DNA from: Oceanicoccus sp. | GTDB taxonomy: Bacteria > Patescibacteriota > Gracilibacteria > UBA1369 > 2-02-FULL-48-14 | NCBI GenBank assembly: GCA_047635955.1 | Contig: JBLIGW010000002.1 | Location: 1-37,276 of the forward strand | Direction: 5' to 3' | Length of the DNA stretch: 37,276 nucleotides | Notes under the pieces: generated by a model | Databases searched by the model: none | What the model was told of the DNA's origin: nothing | What the model saw: only the letters and a program-made list of their open reading frames with translations | Shown here: positions 1 to 8,505 of the stretch, piece after piece | Numbering within the stretch: position 1 is the stretch's first letter | Layout: each line of letters begins with the position of its first letter | Program-made: the position numbers and the translations under genes

Positions 1-105
1 CCCCCCCTTTCTAAAGTCCGTAAGCGTTCGATCGAAATCACAAATAATGTGAAGCTTGTCAGTTCCTGCTTGACTCAGGGCTTGAATTTTTTCTTGAAAA
101 CTCAT
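1..105 (-). CDS. HAD-superfamily hydrolase, UMPH-1/pyrimidine 5'-nucleotidase-like; only the first 35 codons are in the window
   Basis: Too short for the ORF track. Minus-strand ATG at 105-103. Translation MSFQEKIQALSQAGTDKLHIICDFDRTLTDFRKGG carries HAD motif I (DFDRT) in an IxxDFDxTL context. ATGA start/stop overlap with gene 102-623. Confidence 0.45.
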   Translation of the reverse strand, partial: MSFQEKIQALSQAGTDKLHIICDFDRTLTDFRKGG

Positions 106-623
106 AAAGCAATCACACCACGGTAAGTCCATCCCGCTCCATTAACTGCTTCATGCAGTGGTTTTTTAAGTTCACGAGTATCAAAACGATACTTATAAAC
201 CTGACCAGGTTTAAACTCTTCAGTAAAGGCGTAAGCCGTTCCTCCAGAAATTTCCATTTTTTGACCTTGAAAGGCAGTGGCTGCAATACTCAGTTGAGGC
301 ACTCCAGCTCTCCAACTCACTGTAAATTCTCTATCCATCGCACGAATTTCATTATTTTCTTCATCAATTTTCATATGAATTCTAAAGACTTTTTTAAGAC
401 CTGCTTTAGCGAAAATCTCATACCACTTAGCATCTACAATTTTCCATTCAGCCAAAAAGTCTCCTGGCTCGTTGTGTTCAGTACGTCGAATCACAAAAGG
501 AGCACTATCACGATTCACAGCTAAAATTGCTTCCTTTAATTTTTCCACAGAAAGCACGGGCGTATTTGGATCTGGACGCCTTGTTCCTGTAAATGTATCC
601 CGTAATTTAGAAAATAATCCCAT
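102..623 (-). CDS. hypothetical protein (173 aa)
   Basis: Intact ORF translationally coupled (ATGA) to the downstream HAD gene. No family recognised. Confidence 0.6.
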   Translation of the reverse strand: MGLFSKLRDTFTGTRRPDPNTPVLSVEKLKEAILAVNRDSAPFVIRRTEHNEPGDFLAEWKIVDAKWYEIFAKAGLKKVFRIHMKIDEENNEIRAMDREFTVSWRAGVPQLSIAATAFQGQKMEISGGTAYAFTEEFKPGQVYKYRFDTRELKKPLHEAVNGAGWTYRGVIAL

Positions 624-669
624 ATGTAATTATGATATCATGCTCCTAATTATAAACAAACGCCTAAAC

Positions 670-894
670 ATGCGAAATCCAGAGTTCAAACAGGCCTTCG
701 AAACAATCATTCCACTACTATATAAATTAATTTATGTAATTCCAGGAATGCTCGTGCCTGCCGCTATAGCTATTTACTTTTTTGACGGTAAAAACTTAGT
801 GCAATTCCTTACACTCAATGCCTTTGCCGTTGTTCTTTATTTTGTTTTAAAAGCTCTAGTGATTTTCACTGAAAAGCAAGTTGAGAAGATGTAA
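670..894 (+). CDS. small membrane protein with two hydrophobic helices (74 aa)
   Basis: Internal ATG (MRNPEFKQ...) of track ORF 472-894 chosen because the upstream part overlaps gene 102-623. Hydrophobic segments VIPGMLVPAAIAIYFF and FLTLNAFAVVLYFVLKALVIF. A partial paralog lies at 3781-3942. Confidence 0.5.
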   Translation: MRNPEFKQAFETIIPLLYKLIYVIPGMLVPAAIAIYFFDGKNLVQFLTLNAFAVVLYFVLKALVIFTEKQVEKM

Positions 895-895
895 A

Positions 896-1903
896 TTAGT
901 CTCTCAACTCCTCCAAGATATGCTCGTAATCCAACTCTTCCATCAATTGAGTTGGCATTTCTTTTGCACGAGCCAAACTAGAACTCTCTTTATTGATTCT
1001 ACCAATAGAACCTAGTAATTCGACTAAAGCTCCTGGAATTTTCCTTCCCCCAAGGGCTTTAGAAACTTTTGATGCTCCTCCAAATATAAATAATGAACCT
1101 ACAATAAAAGAAATCGATGGAGCTACCAGTTCATCCTTATCCATATTTTTATATAGAAATTTCATAACTTTCACGCAAGAACAAAAATCTGCATAACTCA
1201 TGCCAGAAAGAGTGTCTACCGCCCCCACCATGTCTTCATAAGACTCAATAGGGCTACTCACCAAGTCCCAAACACCTGAAAAAACACCTTCAATACCATT
1301 TGCAGGAGCCAATAAAATTTCTTGATAATTCTCTAGGTCTGTTTGTCCAGACGCCCATTTAGCAAACTTATCCACATTACTTTCTGGGAAAAGTTCTTCC
1401 CAAATTAAATCTGCAAATTCACGAATTTCTATTTTTTGCTCTTCAGTAAACATATCTTCAATCACCTCTCCCGCCTTCTTCCCTAATTCAACAAGTTCTT
1501 CATTTTCACCTTCAAGCACTTCACTCAAAAGCCCATGCTGCAAAGTCTCCAATTCATTAGATTGAGCCGCTCCCAAACCCTCATTGAAATCTCGTACCCT
1601 AATATTGTATTGGTCCAATAAATTTTCATTATCCACATTCGGCGAATCTATTTTTTCACCTTTTAACAAAGCCCCTAAACCACCAATCATTTCGTCTAAA
1701 CCAGAAGATTTCTCCAATAAAGAATCATGCAGCGTTGAAACCTCTTCAGGCATATCTCCACGGAAAACAGCCAAAAGCCGTTCAATCCATTTACGTGTTT
1801 TTCTCAAAACTTCCTCTGACCGTTCAAGCCCAGCACTCAATAATGCAAGACCCTTTGGCACAATTGAAACCTTATCAAGATCCGAAGGCTTAAGCTCATT
1901 CAT
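896..1903 (-). CDS. hypothetical acidic helical protein with one C-proximal hydrophobic segment (335 aa)
   Basis: Long intact ORF. Hydrophobic stretch VAPSISFIVGSLFIFGGA. No family recognised. Confidence 0.6.
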   Translation of the reverse strand: MNELKPSDLDKVSIVPKGLALLSAGLERSEEVLRKTRKWIERLLAVFRGDMPEEVSTLHDSLLEKSSGLDEMIGGLGALLKGEKIDSPNVDNENLLDQYNIRVRDFNEGLGAAQSNELETLQHGLLSEVLEGENEELVELGKKAGEVIEDMFTEEQKIEIREFADLIWEELFPESNVDKFAKWASGQTDLENYQEILLAPANGIEGVFSGVWDLVSSPIESYEDMVGAVDTLSGMSYADFCSCVKVMKFLYKNMDKDELVAPSISFIVGSLFIFGGASKVSKALGGRKIPGALVELLGSIGRINKESSSLARAKEMPTQLMEELDYEHILEELRD

Positions 1904-1973
1904 AATTGTGATTTAATTTACAAATGAAGTCTATCACAAGCTGCTGTATACTTTAGTCACAAGAAAACAAATC

Positions 1974-2945
1974 ATGCTCAAAGCACACTCTCTCAAGGTA
2001 GAATTTGGAAACGAAAAAGTAGACATCCCCTACTTTAAAATTAAGGGACACAAGCCTGGTCCGAGTATTTTTCTTTCTGGAGGAATGCATGGTGATGAGA
2101 TAAATGGAATGGCCGTGATCGAAGCTTTTATAAGCCTCGCACTAGACACGAAACTCGCTGACCACTTACGAGGTGAAATCACAATTATTCCACTCTTGAA
2201 TCCCAGTGGATTTGCACACATGCAACGAGAAGTTTTTGAAGACGGCATTGATTTGAATCGCTCTTTTGGTTTAGAAAAAGTTGAAAGCTTGGCGCATCAA
2301 ATGGCTGCCGATCTCACGGAAAAAATATTCACCCATTGTGAATTTGGAATGGACTTTCACGACGCCGGAAAGCGTTCCGTCTTACTTCCCCACTCTCGCA
2401 TTCATAAAAATGAAGCCTGCGGATCCACTCGTAAAATGGGGCAAATTTTAGGGACTAAAATCATTGTAGAACGAGAAGGTCATGAAAACATGATGGCCAT
2501 TTATTTAAATCAAAAACATCAAATTCCTGTGCTCACCGTAGAAACCGGAGGTGCGCAAATTCTTTTCCCTGATTTCATTGAAACCGCCCTGCAGGGCATT
2601 CAAAACATACTCATAAGTAAGGACATGATGGACGGTGAAATCAAACTTCCTAAAGAGCAGTATTTTCTGCACGAACGCTATGGAGTCAAAATAGACACCG
2701 CAGCAGAAATTAAATTCAGCACTAAACTCGGCGACAATGTGCATGCCGGCGAAGTGATCGGGAAAATATATCACCCACAATCGGGTCGCCATGAAAGCAT
2801 CACTAGCCCAATGTGCGGAATTATTTTCTCACAATGGCAGCGCAACCAAGTTCCCGCTGAGGAGATCATCTACTCCATACTAGAAACAGAAAAGTGCCAC
2901 GTTAAGCGCAGCACTCTAGATAAATTTGAAAAGGTGGAGATGTAA
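1974..2945 (+). CDS. succinylglutamate desuccinylase/aspartoacylase (AstE/AspA) family zinc hydrolase
   Basis: 323-aa ORF. The N-terminal pattern KPGPSIFLSGGMHGDEINGMAV is the typical H-x-x-E zinc site of this M14-like family. Confidence 0.7.
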   Translation: MLKAHSLKVEFGNEKVDIPYFKIKGHKPGPSIFLSGGMHGDEINGMAVIEAFISLALDTKLADHLRGEITIIPLLNPSGFAHMQREVFEDGIDLNRSFGLEKVESLAHQMAADLTEKIFTHCEFGMDFHDAGKRSVLLPHSRIHKNEACGSTRKMGQILGTKIIVEREGHENMMAIYLNQKHQIPVLTVETGGAQILFPDFIETALQGIQNILISKDMMDGEIKLPKEQYFLHERYGVKIDTAAEIKFSTKLGDNVHAGEVIGKIYHPQSGRHESITSPMCGIIFSQWQRNQVPAEEIIYSILETEKCHVKRSTLDKFEKVEM

Positions 2946-2946
2946 A

Positions 2947-3627
2947 TTAGTAGTTCAACGTTACGCTTCCATAGATTCCATTACTGTCAGACTCCATAGA
3001 GAAATGCGCATCGTCACTTAAATTAGTCCAAGAATATTCTGTGTAGTCTGCGTCATAAACACATACATCACGCATATAGACCTTTGCATTTGTCGCGTCT
3101 GCTCCTTCAACTAATTCACCATAGACCAAAACCAATCTAGCTTCACCGCTAGTCAAACTTGATAAAGTCGGCTGAAAGTACAAACTACTTAAAGAGCTAT
3201 AAGAAGTGTAATTGTTTGAGGCAATTGCCGATTCCAAATCTGTATCTCCAGTAACCACATACATTCGTGCATCAGTTAAATCATCCCCAAATTTCATACT
3301 ATCATTTCCCGTAGATTTGAATTTAAATTCATAACATGGCTCAGCTTCATCAGCATATGAAACGTACCAACTCCCAAGTAGAGTGAAACCATCTACGTCA
3401 ATATTGCTAGGAACGTCTTCGTTCACTGTCATCAATACAGCCGTTTCATCTTCATCACCGCCTCCTAAGTTAGACCCAGGAAATGGCTTTGTATCAAGTT
3501 CATTAGCCCCTCGTCCACCGCTAAAGTTAAATCTACCTTGTAGATCATCACTTGAAGTAAAATAAGCAGAACCCACTAAAACAAGCGTCACCGCTGCAAG
3601 CCCGATGAATAGTTTTCCTTTAGTCAT
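2947..3627 (-). CDS. secreted or membrane-anchored hypothetical protein (226 aa)
   Basis: N-terminal signal/anchor MTKGKLFIGLAAVTLVLVGSAYF. Acidic, Ser/Thr-rich mature part. Confidence 0.6.
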   Translation of the reverse strand: MTKGKLFIGLAAVTLVLVGSAYFTSSDDLQGRFNFSGGRGANELDTKPFPGSNLGGGDEDETAVLMTVNEDVPSNIDVDGFTLLGSWYVSYADEAEPCYEFKFKSTGNDSMKFGDDLTDARMYVVTGDTDLESAIASNNYTSYSSLSSLYFQPTLSSLTSGEARLVLVYGELVEGADATNAKVYMRDVCVYDADYTEYSWTNLSDDAHFSMESDSNGIYGSVTLNY

Positions 3628-3735
3628 AATGTAAAAAAAGGTTAGTAATACTAGCTAAACCCTAATTATAGGAGAACGAATAAATCGTTTCTGGCCAAGT
3701 GCCAAGTTAAAACTATATTAATAATCCAGATATAG

Positions 3736-3945
3736 ATTCTCAATGCTCAGCGCCGTAAGTACCCACCACACCTGTCACACAAGCTGATTTATGTCATTCC
3801 AGGTATCTTGGTTCCTTCTTCCATTGCCATCTACTTTTTTGAAAATAAAAACCTCATTCAATTCGTCAGCCTCAATGTCTTTGCGATTGTCCTATTCTTC
3901 ATACTCAAATGGCTTCTGAAACTTACTGAGAAGCAAAGATCGTAG
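3736..3945 (+). pseudogene. start-less partial paralog of the small membrane protein gene at 670-894
   Basis: Frame open from 3736 (after TAG at 3733-3735) to TAG at 3943-3945. It encodes ...KLIYVIPGILVPSSIAIYFFENKNLIQFVSLNVFAIVLFFILKWLLKLTEKQRS, 36/54 identical to the C-terminal 54 aa of the 670-894 product. No in-frame ATG/GTG/TTG. The nearby ATG at 3743 is in another frame. Confidence 0.45.
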
Positions 3946-3966
3946 AGGAATAGACCTATAATTTTA

Positions 3967-4581
3967 TTAATTTACAAGCAACCACATCAAAAATCCATGC
4001 CCTAAGAGCATGACTGAAAGGACCCAATAGAGCCACTTAAAGGTCGTTAATTCAAAATAAATTTCTTGGATCAGCGTTTCAAGTTCACGATCAAATTCTT
4101 CACAGGCTTTTTCTTTATTCTTTTCAAGTAAGGCTTGTTTGGCAATTTCAATAAGTTTCAATATGGGGATTTGTTGAAGTATCAACTTCACAGGGAATCG
4201 AAATATCCATGGGAAGGATTGGAGTTGCTCATCAATCAACTCTCCTCTTCTGACTTTCTCATCATTAATATTTTTCTTAATTTGCATCAAGATGGCTTTG
4301 CTGAACTTCTTTCTCATGGGGGCCAATTCATCAAAAAGCAGTTTGAAAAGTTCCAAAGATGCCAGTTGATACAGTCTCCATAGGACATAGAGCCCGGTCA
4401 CGAATACCCAGGCAAGAATCAAAAGAAACTTAAGAAAAGGCAGGGTGAATCCCAACTCACGAGCAAAAACCAACCATAAATCCACCGCTATGATGCTGAA
4501 GTTGAGCCCCCATATCAAAAGCAATAAGGCTGCAAATTGAAGCAGACGCTTTGAGCCGAGTTTCAAAATATTTTTCAACAT
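3967..4581 (-). CDS. hypothetical multi-pass membrane protein (204 aa)
   Basis: Intact ORF with N-terminal and C-terminal hydrophobic helices flanking a charged helical middle. Confidence 0.6.
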   Translation of the reverse strand: MLKNILKLGSKRLLQFAALLLLIWGLNFSIIAVDLWLVFARELGFTLPFLKFLLILAWVFVTGLYVLWRLYQLASLELFKLLFDELAPMRKKFSKAILMQIKKNINDEKVRRGELIDEQLQSFPWIFRFPVKLILQQIPILKLIEIAKQALLEKNKEKACEEFDRELETLIQEIYFELTTFKWLYWVLSVMLLGHGFLMWLLVN

Positions 4582-4597
4582 AGCTCAATTATAACAC

Positions 4598-4885
4598 CTG
4601 AATCTCAGCAAGCCTGAAGAAAGTTTCGACTTCCATAATCGTGGTTCTCTTCGCCAGGACCAAGTAAAAGCACTCACAGACGAATTTCTCGAAGAATGCG
4701 AGGACCGCGCACTAAGCAAAGTGTTATTTATAATTGGAAAAGGTCTACACTCAAAAAAGGGCATGCCAGTCATAAAACCATTCTTGAAAAAATACCTCAG
4801 TAGCCACCCCAACGTTCTACGTGTTTACGAGGGCCGGCGCGATCGAGGTGGAAGTGGAACACTCGAGGTGATTCTAAACTTCTAG
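4598..4885 (+). CDS. stand-alone Smr-domain protein; start codon unresolved
   Basis: Not in the ORF track. Frame open 4595-4885. Translation ...FDFHNRGSLRQDQVKALTDEFLEECEDRALSKVLFIIGKGLHSKKGMPVIKPFLKKYLSSHPNVLRVYEGRRDRGGSGTLEVILNF matches Smr hallmarks (DxH.., IIxGKGxHS, GGxGxxxV). The only possible start upstream of the domain is CTG at 4598. Confidence 0.55.
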   Translation: MNLSKPEESFDFHNRGSLRQDQVKALTDEFLEECEDRALSKVLFIIGKGLHSKKGMPVIKPFLKKYLSSHPNVLRVYEGRRDRGGSGTLEVILNF

Positions 4886-4916
4886 TGGCAGGGCCGGCGT
4901 CCGCAATGTTCAAACC
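4883..4916. repeat. dispersed intergenic motif, copy a (TAGTGGCAGGGCC-N8-CAATGTTCAAACC)
   Basis: Shares TAGTGGCAG.GCC and CAATGTTC.AACC blocks with 10233-10265. Lies between the convergent Smr and O-antigen-ligase-like genes. Confidence 0.5.
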
Positions 4917-4922
4917 AATCAT

Positions 4923-6611
4923 TTATAAGTCAAATACCCATAGGTAGTTTTTCAAGAAGATGCGTCCGGTCTCGGTCTCTTCATCGTCATAGTTCTCGGG
5001 TAAATCTCCTAAAAGTTCCTGCTTAAGCGCTTCATACGCTCCTGCATCTCCCAGGGCTTCATAGGCCAACAAAGCAAAATAGTAAGTTCTAATACTGGCC
5101 GGATTCATAGAAAAGGCTTCCCTGATTTTTTGATTCGTAAGCTCAAGATCTCCCTGCTCAGCGGCGAGCCAGGCCTCTAGAATGGGACACTCAGGATCCA
5201 TATCTTCACATTTCAATAAATAGTTTTCTACAAGAGGGTGAAACTCATCCGTCTCAAGTGCCAAGAAAAATTCGCTAGCCTCAAGTAAAACCACTCGATC
5301 ATAGGGGTAAATCTGTATCGCTCTCTGAAAATGATGCGCGCTACTTTCCAAATCGTTCTGACTCAAAGCCTCAGAAGCTTGTTCATAATGCCAATGCCCC
5401 ACGCTTCTCCATCCCAGCCAAGCTAGGTTCAATAAACACAAAATGAGTAGGGTCATCATCACTGGACGACGTGGCACGCTCCCCTGCCAGACTTTCTGTT
5501 GAGAAACCACCGTCCCCATCATGGCCCACATAAAAATACCCGTTGTTAAGACTTCAAAACCAAATAAGAGCGTCACCATATAAGCAAATATTCCTTTCAC
5601 TAAAGGAGATGAACGCATAGGCCAGAGTATTGAAGCAAAGACAGTGAGGATTAAAATTAGTCCCACAAATCCAAATTCAACAAGCCATTCGAGTAGGATA
5701 TTATGAGGACTTGTCGCTAAAGAACTTAAGGATTCGAATTCCCACAATGCAGGTGTTGCAAAGGGTGACGAAACATAAGAGTAGAGATCCAATCCATGGC
5801 CCCAGGGCCAGGCGCTAATCACATCAAAGCTAGTCATCCACATTTCTTGCCGTGCGCTCATACTTCTCAGAAGAGACGCCGTACTTGGAAAAATCATCAA
5901 AAGACTGAGCCCTCCAAGAAGTAAAATTGCCGCTGCTGCCCACCATGACCCTGTAAGCATCAGAAGCAAGAGCCCCATTCCAATAAACCCTGCTTTGCTT
6001 CCGGTAGTGGCCAAAGCTAAAACAATCAAACTGAGCCACATCCCTCGTTCTTTTCCTTTTGAGTTCAACCAAATAAGCGGGGTTCCCAGAACTAAAAAAC
6101 TCGCCAACCAATTGGGGTTAGCTAGGGTAGAAAAACTTCTAAATAAGAACATTTCCTCGATCCATAGGCCTCGCAAGGGATCCAAACCAAGCCACTGAAT
6201 AAGTGCGTATCCACTTACGATCGCCATCAAATAGAGCCAAACTCGACTCTTCCACAGATCCCCCCCCATGGTGAGCGCGGCAACAAATATAGCAAGGCTG
6301 AGCATTTGAATCATCCACCCCTGCATCGCACTAGACGTTCCTACTAAACTAGAAAAGGGCGCGGGTGAAAAAATTGTTGCGATCGTAAGCAAGAGAAAGT
6401 AAGACAGCACAAGAAACACAGATCTATTCAACTCCAAGCGTCCCCCTTTCATTACTACCAATCCAAAAAACACACTCAATCCCAAACTCAAGGCAAGTGC
6501 CTTAGGTAAGGCGAACCCAAGCCAAGACCAGGTACTGAACAACAAAACAGTTGAGACTATAGTCAATATTAAAACCCACTTTGAGCTCTTGAGAAATTGG
6601 GAGCTAGTCAT
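4923..6611 (-). CDS. O-antigen ligase (Wzy_C) family membrane protein with C-terminal TPR-like region
   Basis: Many transmembrane helices. Motif WGHGLD...SPHNILLEWLVEFGFVGL is typical of O-antigen ligase/polymerase family. Helical repeats at the C-terminus. Start set to MTSSQF (6611) to avoid overlapping the divergent gene. Confidence 0.7.
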   Translation of the reverse strand: MTSSQFLKSSKWVLILTIVSTVLLFSTWSWLGFALPKALALSLGLSVFFGLVVMKGGRLELNRSVFLVLSYFLLLTIATIFSPAPFSSLVGTSSAMQGWMIQMLSLAIFVAALTMGGDLWKSRVWLYLMAIVSGYALIQWLGLDPLRGLWIEEMFLFRSFSTLANPNWLASFLVLGTPLIWLNSKGKERGMWLSLIVLALATTGSKAGFIGMGLLLLMLTGSWWAAAAILLLGGLSLLMIFPSTASLLRSMSARQEMWMTSFDVISAWPWGHGLDLYSYVSSPFATPALWEFESLSSLATSPHNILLEWLVEFGFVGLILILTVFASILWPMRSSPLVKGIFAYMVTLLFGFEVLTTGIFMWAMMGTVVSQQKVWQGSVPRRPVMMTLLILCLLNLAWLGWRSVGHWHYEQASEALSQNDLESSAHHFQRAIQIYPYDRVVLLEASEFFLALETDEFHPLVENYLLKCEDMDPECPILEAWLAAEQGDLELTNQKIREAFSMNPASIRTYYFALLAYEALGDAGAYEALKQELLGDLPENYDDEETETGRIFLKNYLWVFDL

Positions 6612-6655
6612 TATTTGCTTTAAGTTAAGTGCATCCACAGTGTAACCAATACTCC

Positions 6656-7783
6656 ATGCCAAAGACCAAACTTATTATTGCCCTACTTATTGTAGGTATT
6701 GCCGGTGCTTCTCTTGCCTCTGTACACAACAAGCCAATTGAAATTGAAGAAGAGATAGTTCAGCTCAGTAGTGAGACTCATGAAATCGGTGAATTCTACA
6801 TTGACCCTAGTGATATTGAACTCACCATGGGTGATTCATACACTTTTTTAAGCTACACTCAAGAAGACACTCGAGAGGTCAACACTCAAAGTGAATGGAC
6901 GATCCTCCGTGATGATGAAGTTCCTACTGAAGTCCTACTTGAAGACTGTGAGGACAGCTTTGAATGCACCGTTTATATTGGTGATGTACCGGGTGAACTC
7001 ACCCTCACCGCCGTATCAGGAGATGACGAAACAAGCGCCACTATCAACGTTCCTGACTCAGTAGAAGTGACACTCGGATTTTCAGATGAAGTACCAGAAT
7101 GGGCTGCGGTAGACATTGCTATTCTGGAAGAAAGGGGAATAATGACGGGTTACGCAGACGGAAGTTTTGGCCCTGCAGACAATGTGACTCGCGGGCAGTT
7201 CATTACCTTGCTGTACCGACTCATACCCTTTACAGGACTCAACCCGAGTGCCGCCATCGAAACCTACGATTGTGACATCTATTCGGATCTGGATGAAACT
7301 CATTACGCCTACGAACCATTATGTTTTGCAGCAAATAATTCTTGGCTAGAGGACATCACTCTATCTGAAGATAGTATTCAAGCAGACAAAACGATCACCC
7401 GAGCGGAAGCAGCTCAATTGCTGACAAGTGCTGTCTTGAAAGCACACGCTGTCACTATGTTCTCACACAACAGTAGCCTGGATGCAGACGAACTCGAAAC
7501 TTACTTTTATGATGGCTTCGCCGCCCTTACATTCTCTGATGTAGATAGAGCTACAAAATACGCTTATGCGATAGGAGTAGCAGACTATTTCGACATTATG
7601 AATGGGACCAGCAATAGCACCCCATACAATGAATTCAATCCAAGCTCCTCACTCAACCGTGCTGAAACAGCCGTAATCATTTGGCGAATGCTAAATCGAT
7701 ATATACTTGTTGATGAGGAAGACCTTGAGATCAGTATTGATCAAGACATACTTGACCAAGTTGAAACAGAAAACACCCCTTAA
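6656..7783 (+). CDS. secreted S-layer-homology (SLH) domain protein
   Basis: Signal peptide MPKTKLIIALLIVGIAGASLA. SLH-like segments FSDEVPEWAAVDIAILEERGIMTGYADGSFGPADNVTRGQFITLLYRL and FSDVDRATKYAYAIGVADYFDIM...LNRAETAVIIWRML. Confidence 0.75.
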   Translation: MPKTKLIIALLIVGIAGASLASVHNKPIEIEEEIVQLSSETHEIGEFYIDPSDIELTMGDSYTFLSYTQEDTREVNTQSEWTILRDDEVPTEVLLEDCEDSFECTVYIGDVPGELTLTAVSGDDETSATINVPDSVEVTLGFSDEVPEWAAVDIAILEERGIMTGYADGSFGPADNVTRGQFITLLYRLIPFTGLNPSAAIETYDCDIYSDLDETHYAYEPLCFAANNSWLEDITLSEDSIQADKTITRAEAAQLLTSAVLKAHAVTMFSHNSSLDADELETYFYDGFAALTFSDVDRATKYAYAIGVADYFDIMNGTSNSTPYNEFNPSSSLNRAETAVIIWRMLNRYILVDEEDLEISIDQDILDQVETENTP

Positions 7784-7810
7784 GCAATTATTGTAAACAT
7801 CACTTCAGCC

Positions 7811-7843
7811 AAAAAGCCTTGAGACCCTCTTGAGGCTTTTTTT
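7811..7843 (+). terminator. intrinsic terminator after the SLH gene
   Basis: AGCCTTGAGA/TCTTGAGGCT 10-bp stem (two G:U pairs), 3-nt loop, then T7. Confidence 0.7.
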
Positions 7844-7849
7844 ATGACC

Positions 7850-7877
7850 TTGGCAGAGCCTTACAGGATGTTCGAAC
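7850..7877. repeat. dispersed intergenic motif, copy b (TTGGCAGAGCC-N7-ATGTTCGAAC)
   Basis: TTGGCAGAGCC is identical to 11216-11226, the 3' end of tRNA-Trp read on the plus strand. ATGTTCGAAC is shared with 10255-10264. Confidence 0.5.
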
Positions 7878-7888
7878 TAATCAATTTC

Positions 7889-7917
7889 ACGACCTGACAT
7901 GACAAATGATTAGAAAA
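7889..7917 (+). promoter_or_regulatory. candidate sigma70-type promoter for the PH-domain gene
   Basis: ATGACA-17 nt-TACTAT, with TG one base upstream of the -10 (extended -10), about 35 nt before ATG 7952. Confidence 0.35.
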
Positions 7918-7951
7918 ATGTTACTATGACTCTTTAAGAGTAAACAATTAA

Positions 7952-8440
7952 ATGCGAAGAAAAAGTAATATCAATTTTAGAAAAAACTATAAAATCCGCG
8001 AGACCGTCTGGAAGCTGTTTGGCAAAATCATACTTTGGCAGCTAATAATGGTCTTCGTTTCCTATATGGTAATAGTTGGTTTAAGCGAGAGCTTTATATT
8101 TGTAAGCGCAGCTTTTAACCTGCTGGGGGTCTCTTATATAGTCTTAGCTTGGTTAAATAGATTTTATATTGTGTCAGAAGAAGCAATATCAAAAACAACT
8201 GGCGTATTTTTTAGTCAAACTCGCACATTTGATATAGGTTCAATTGTATCTGTAAAATTAAAACAAAATATAATTAGTCGAATATTTGGTTATGGAAGTG
8301 TAGTCCTAGAAAACGCTCTTACAGAAGAAGACATCACCATGGAAGATGTTAATGCACCCTACAAACAAGCTAGTTTAATTGAAAAGCAACGTTTAAAAGA
8401 GATATCGGGAAGCCCAAGACGGAAAATTGTGCCACGGTAA
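7952..8440 (+). CDS. membrane protein with bacterial PH (bPH_2/YdbT-like) domain
   Basis: Two N-terminal transmembrane helices, then ...FYIVSEEAISKTTGVFFSQTRTFDIGSIVSVKLKQNIISRIFGYGSVVLE, typical of bPH_2. AT-rich: two 60-nt samples gave 28% and 32% GC. Confidence 0.6.
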   Translation: MRRKSNINFRKNYKIRETVWKLFGKIILWQLIMVFVSYMVIVGLSESFIFVSAAFNLLGVSYIVLAWLNRFYIVSEEAISKTTGVFFSQTRTFDIGSIVSVKLKQNIISRIFGYGSVVLENALTEEDITMEDVNAPYKQASLIEKQRLKEISGSPRRKIVPR

Positions 8441-8505
8441 GAGACTTAATAAAAAAACACCGTAATAGGTCAACATTATTTATAGATTTAAAAAACTTTA
8501 TATCA

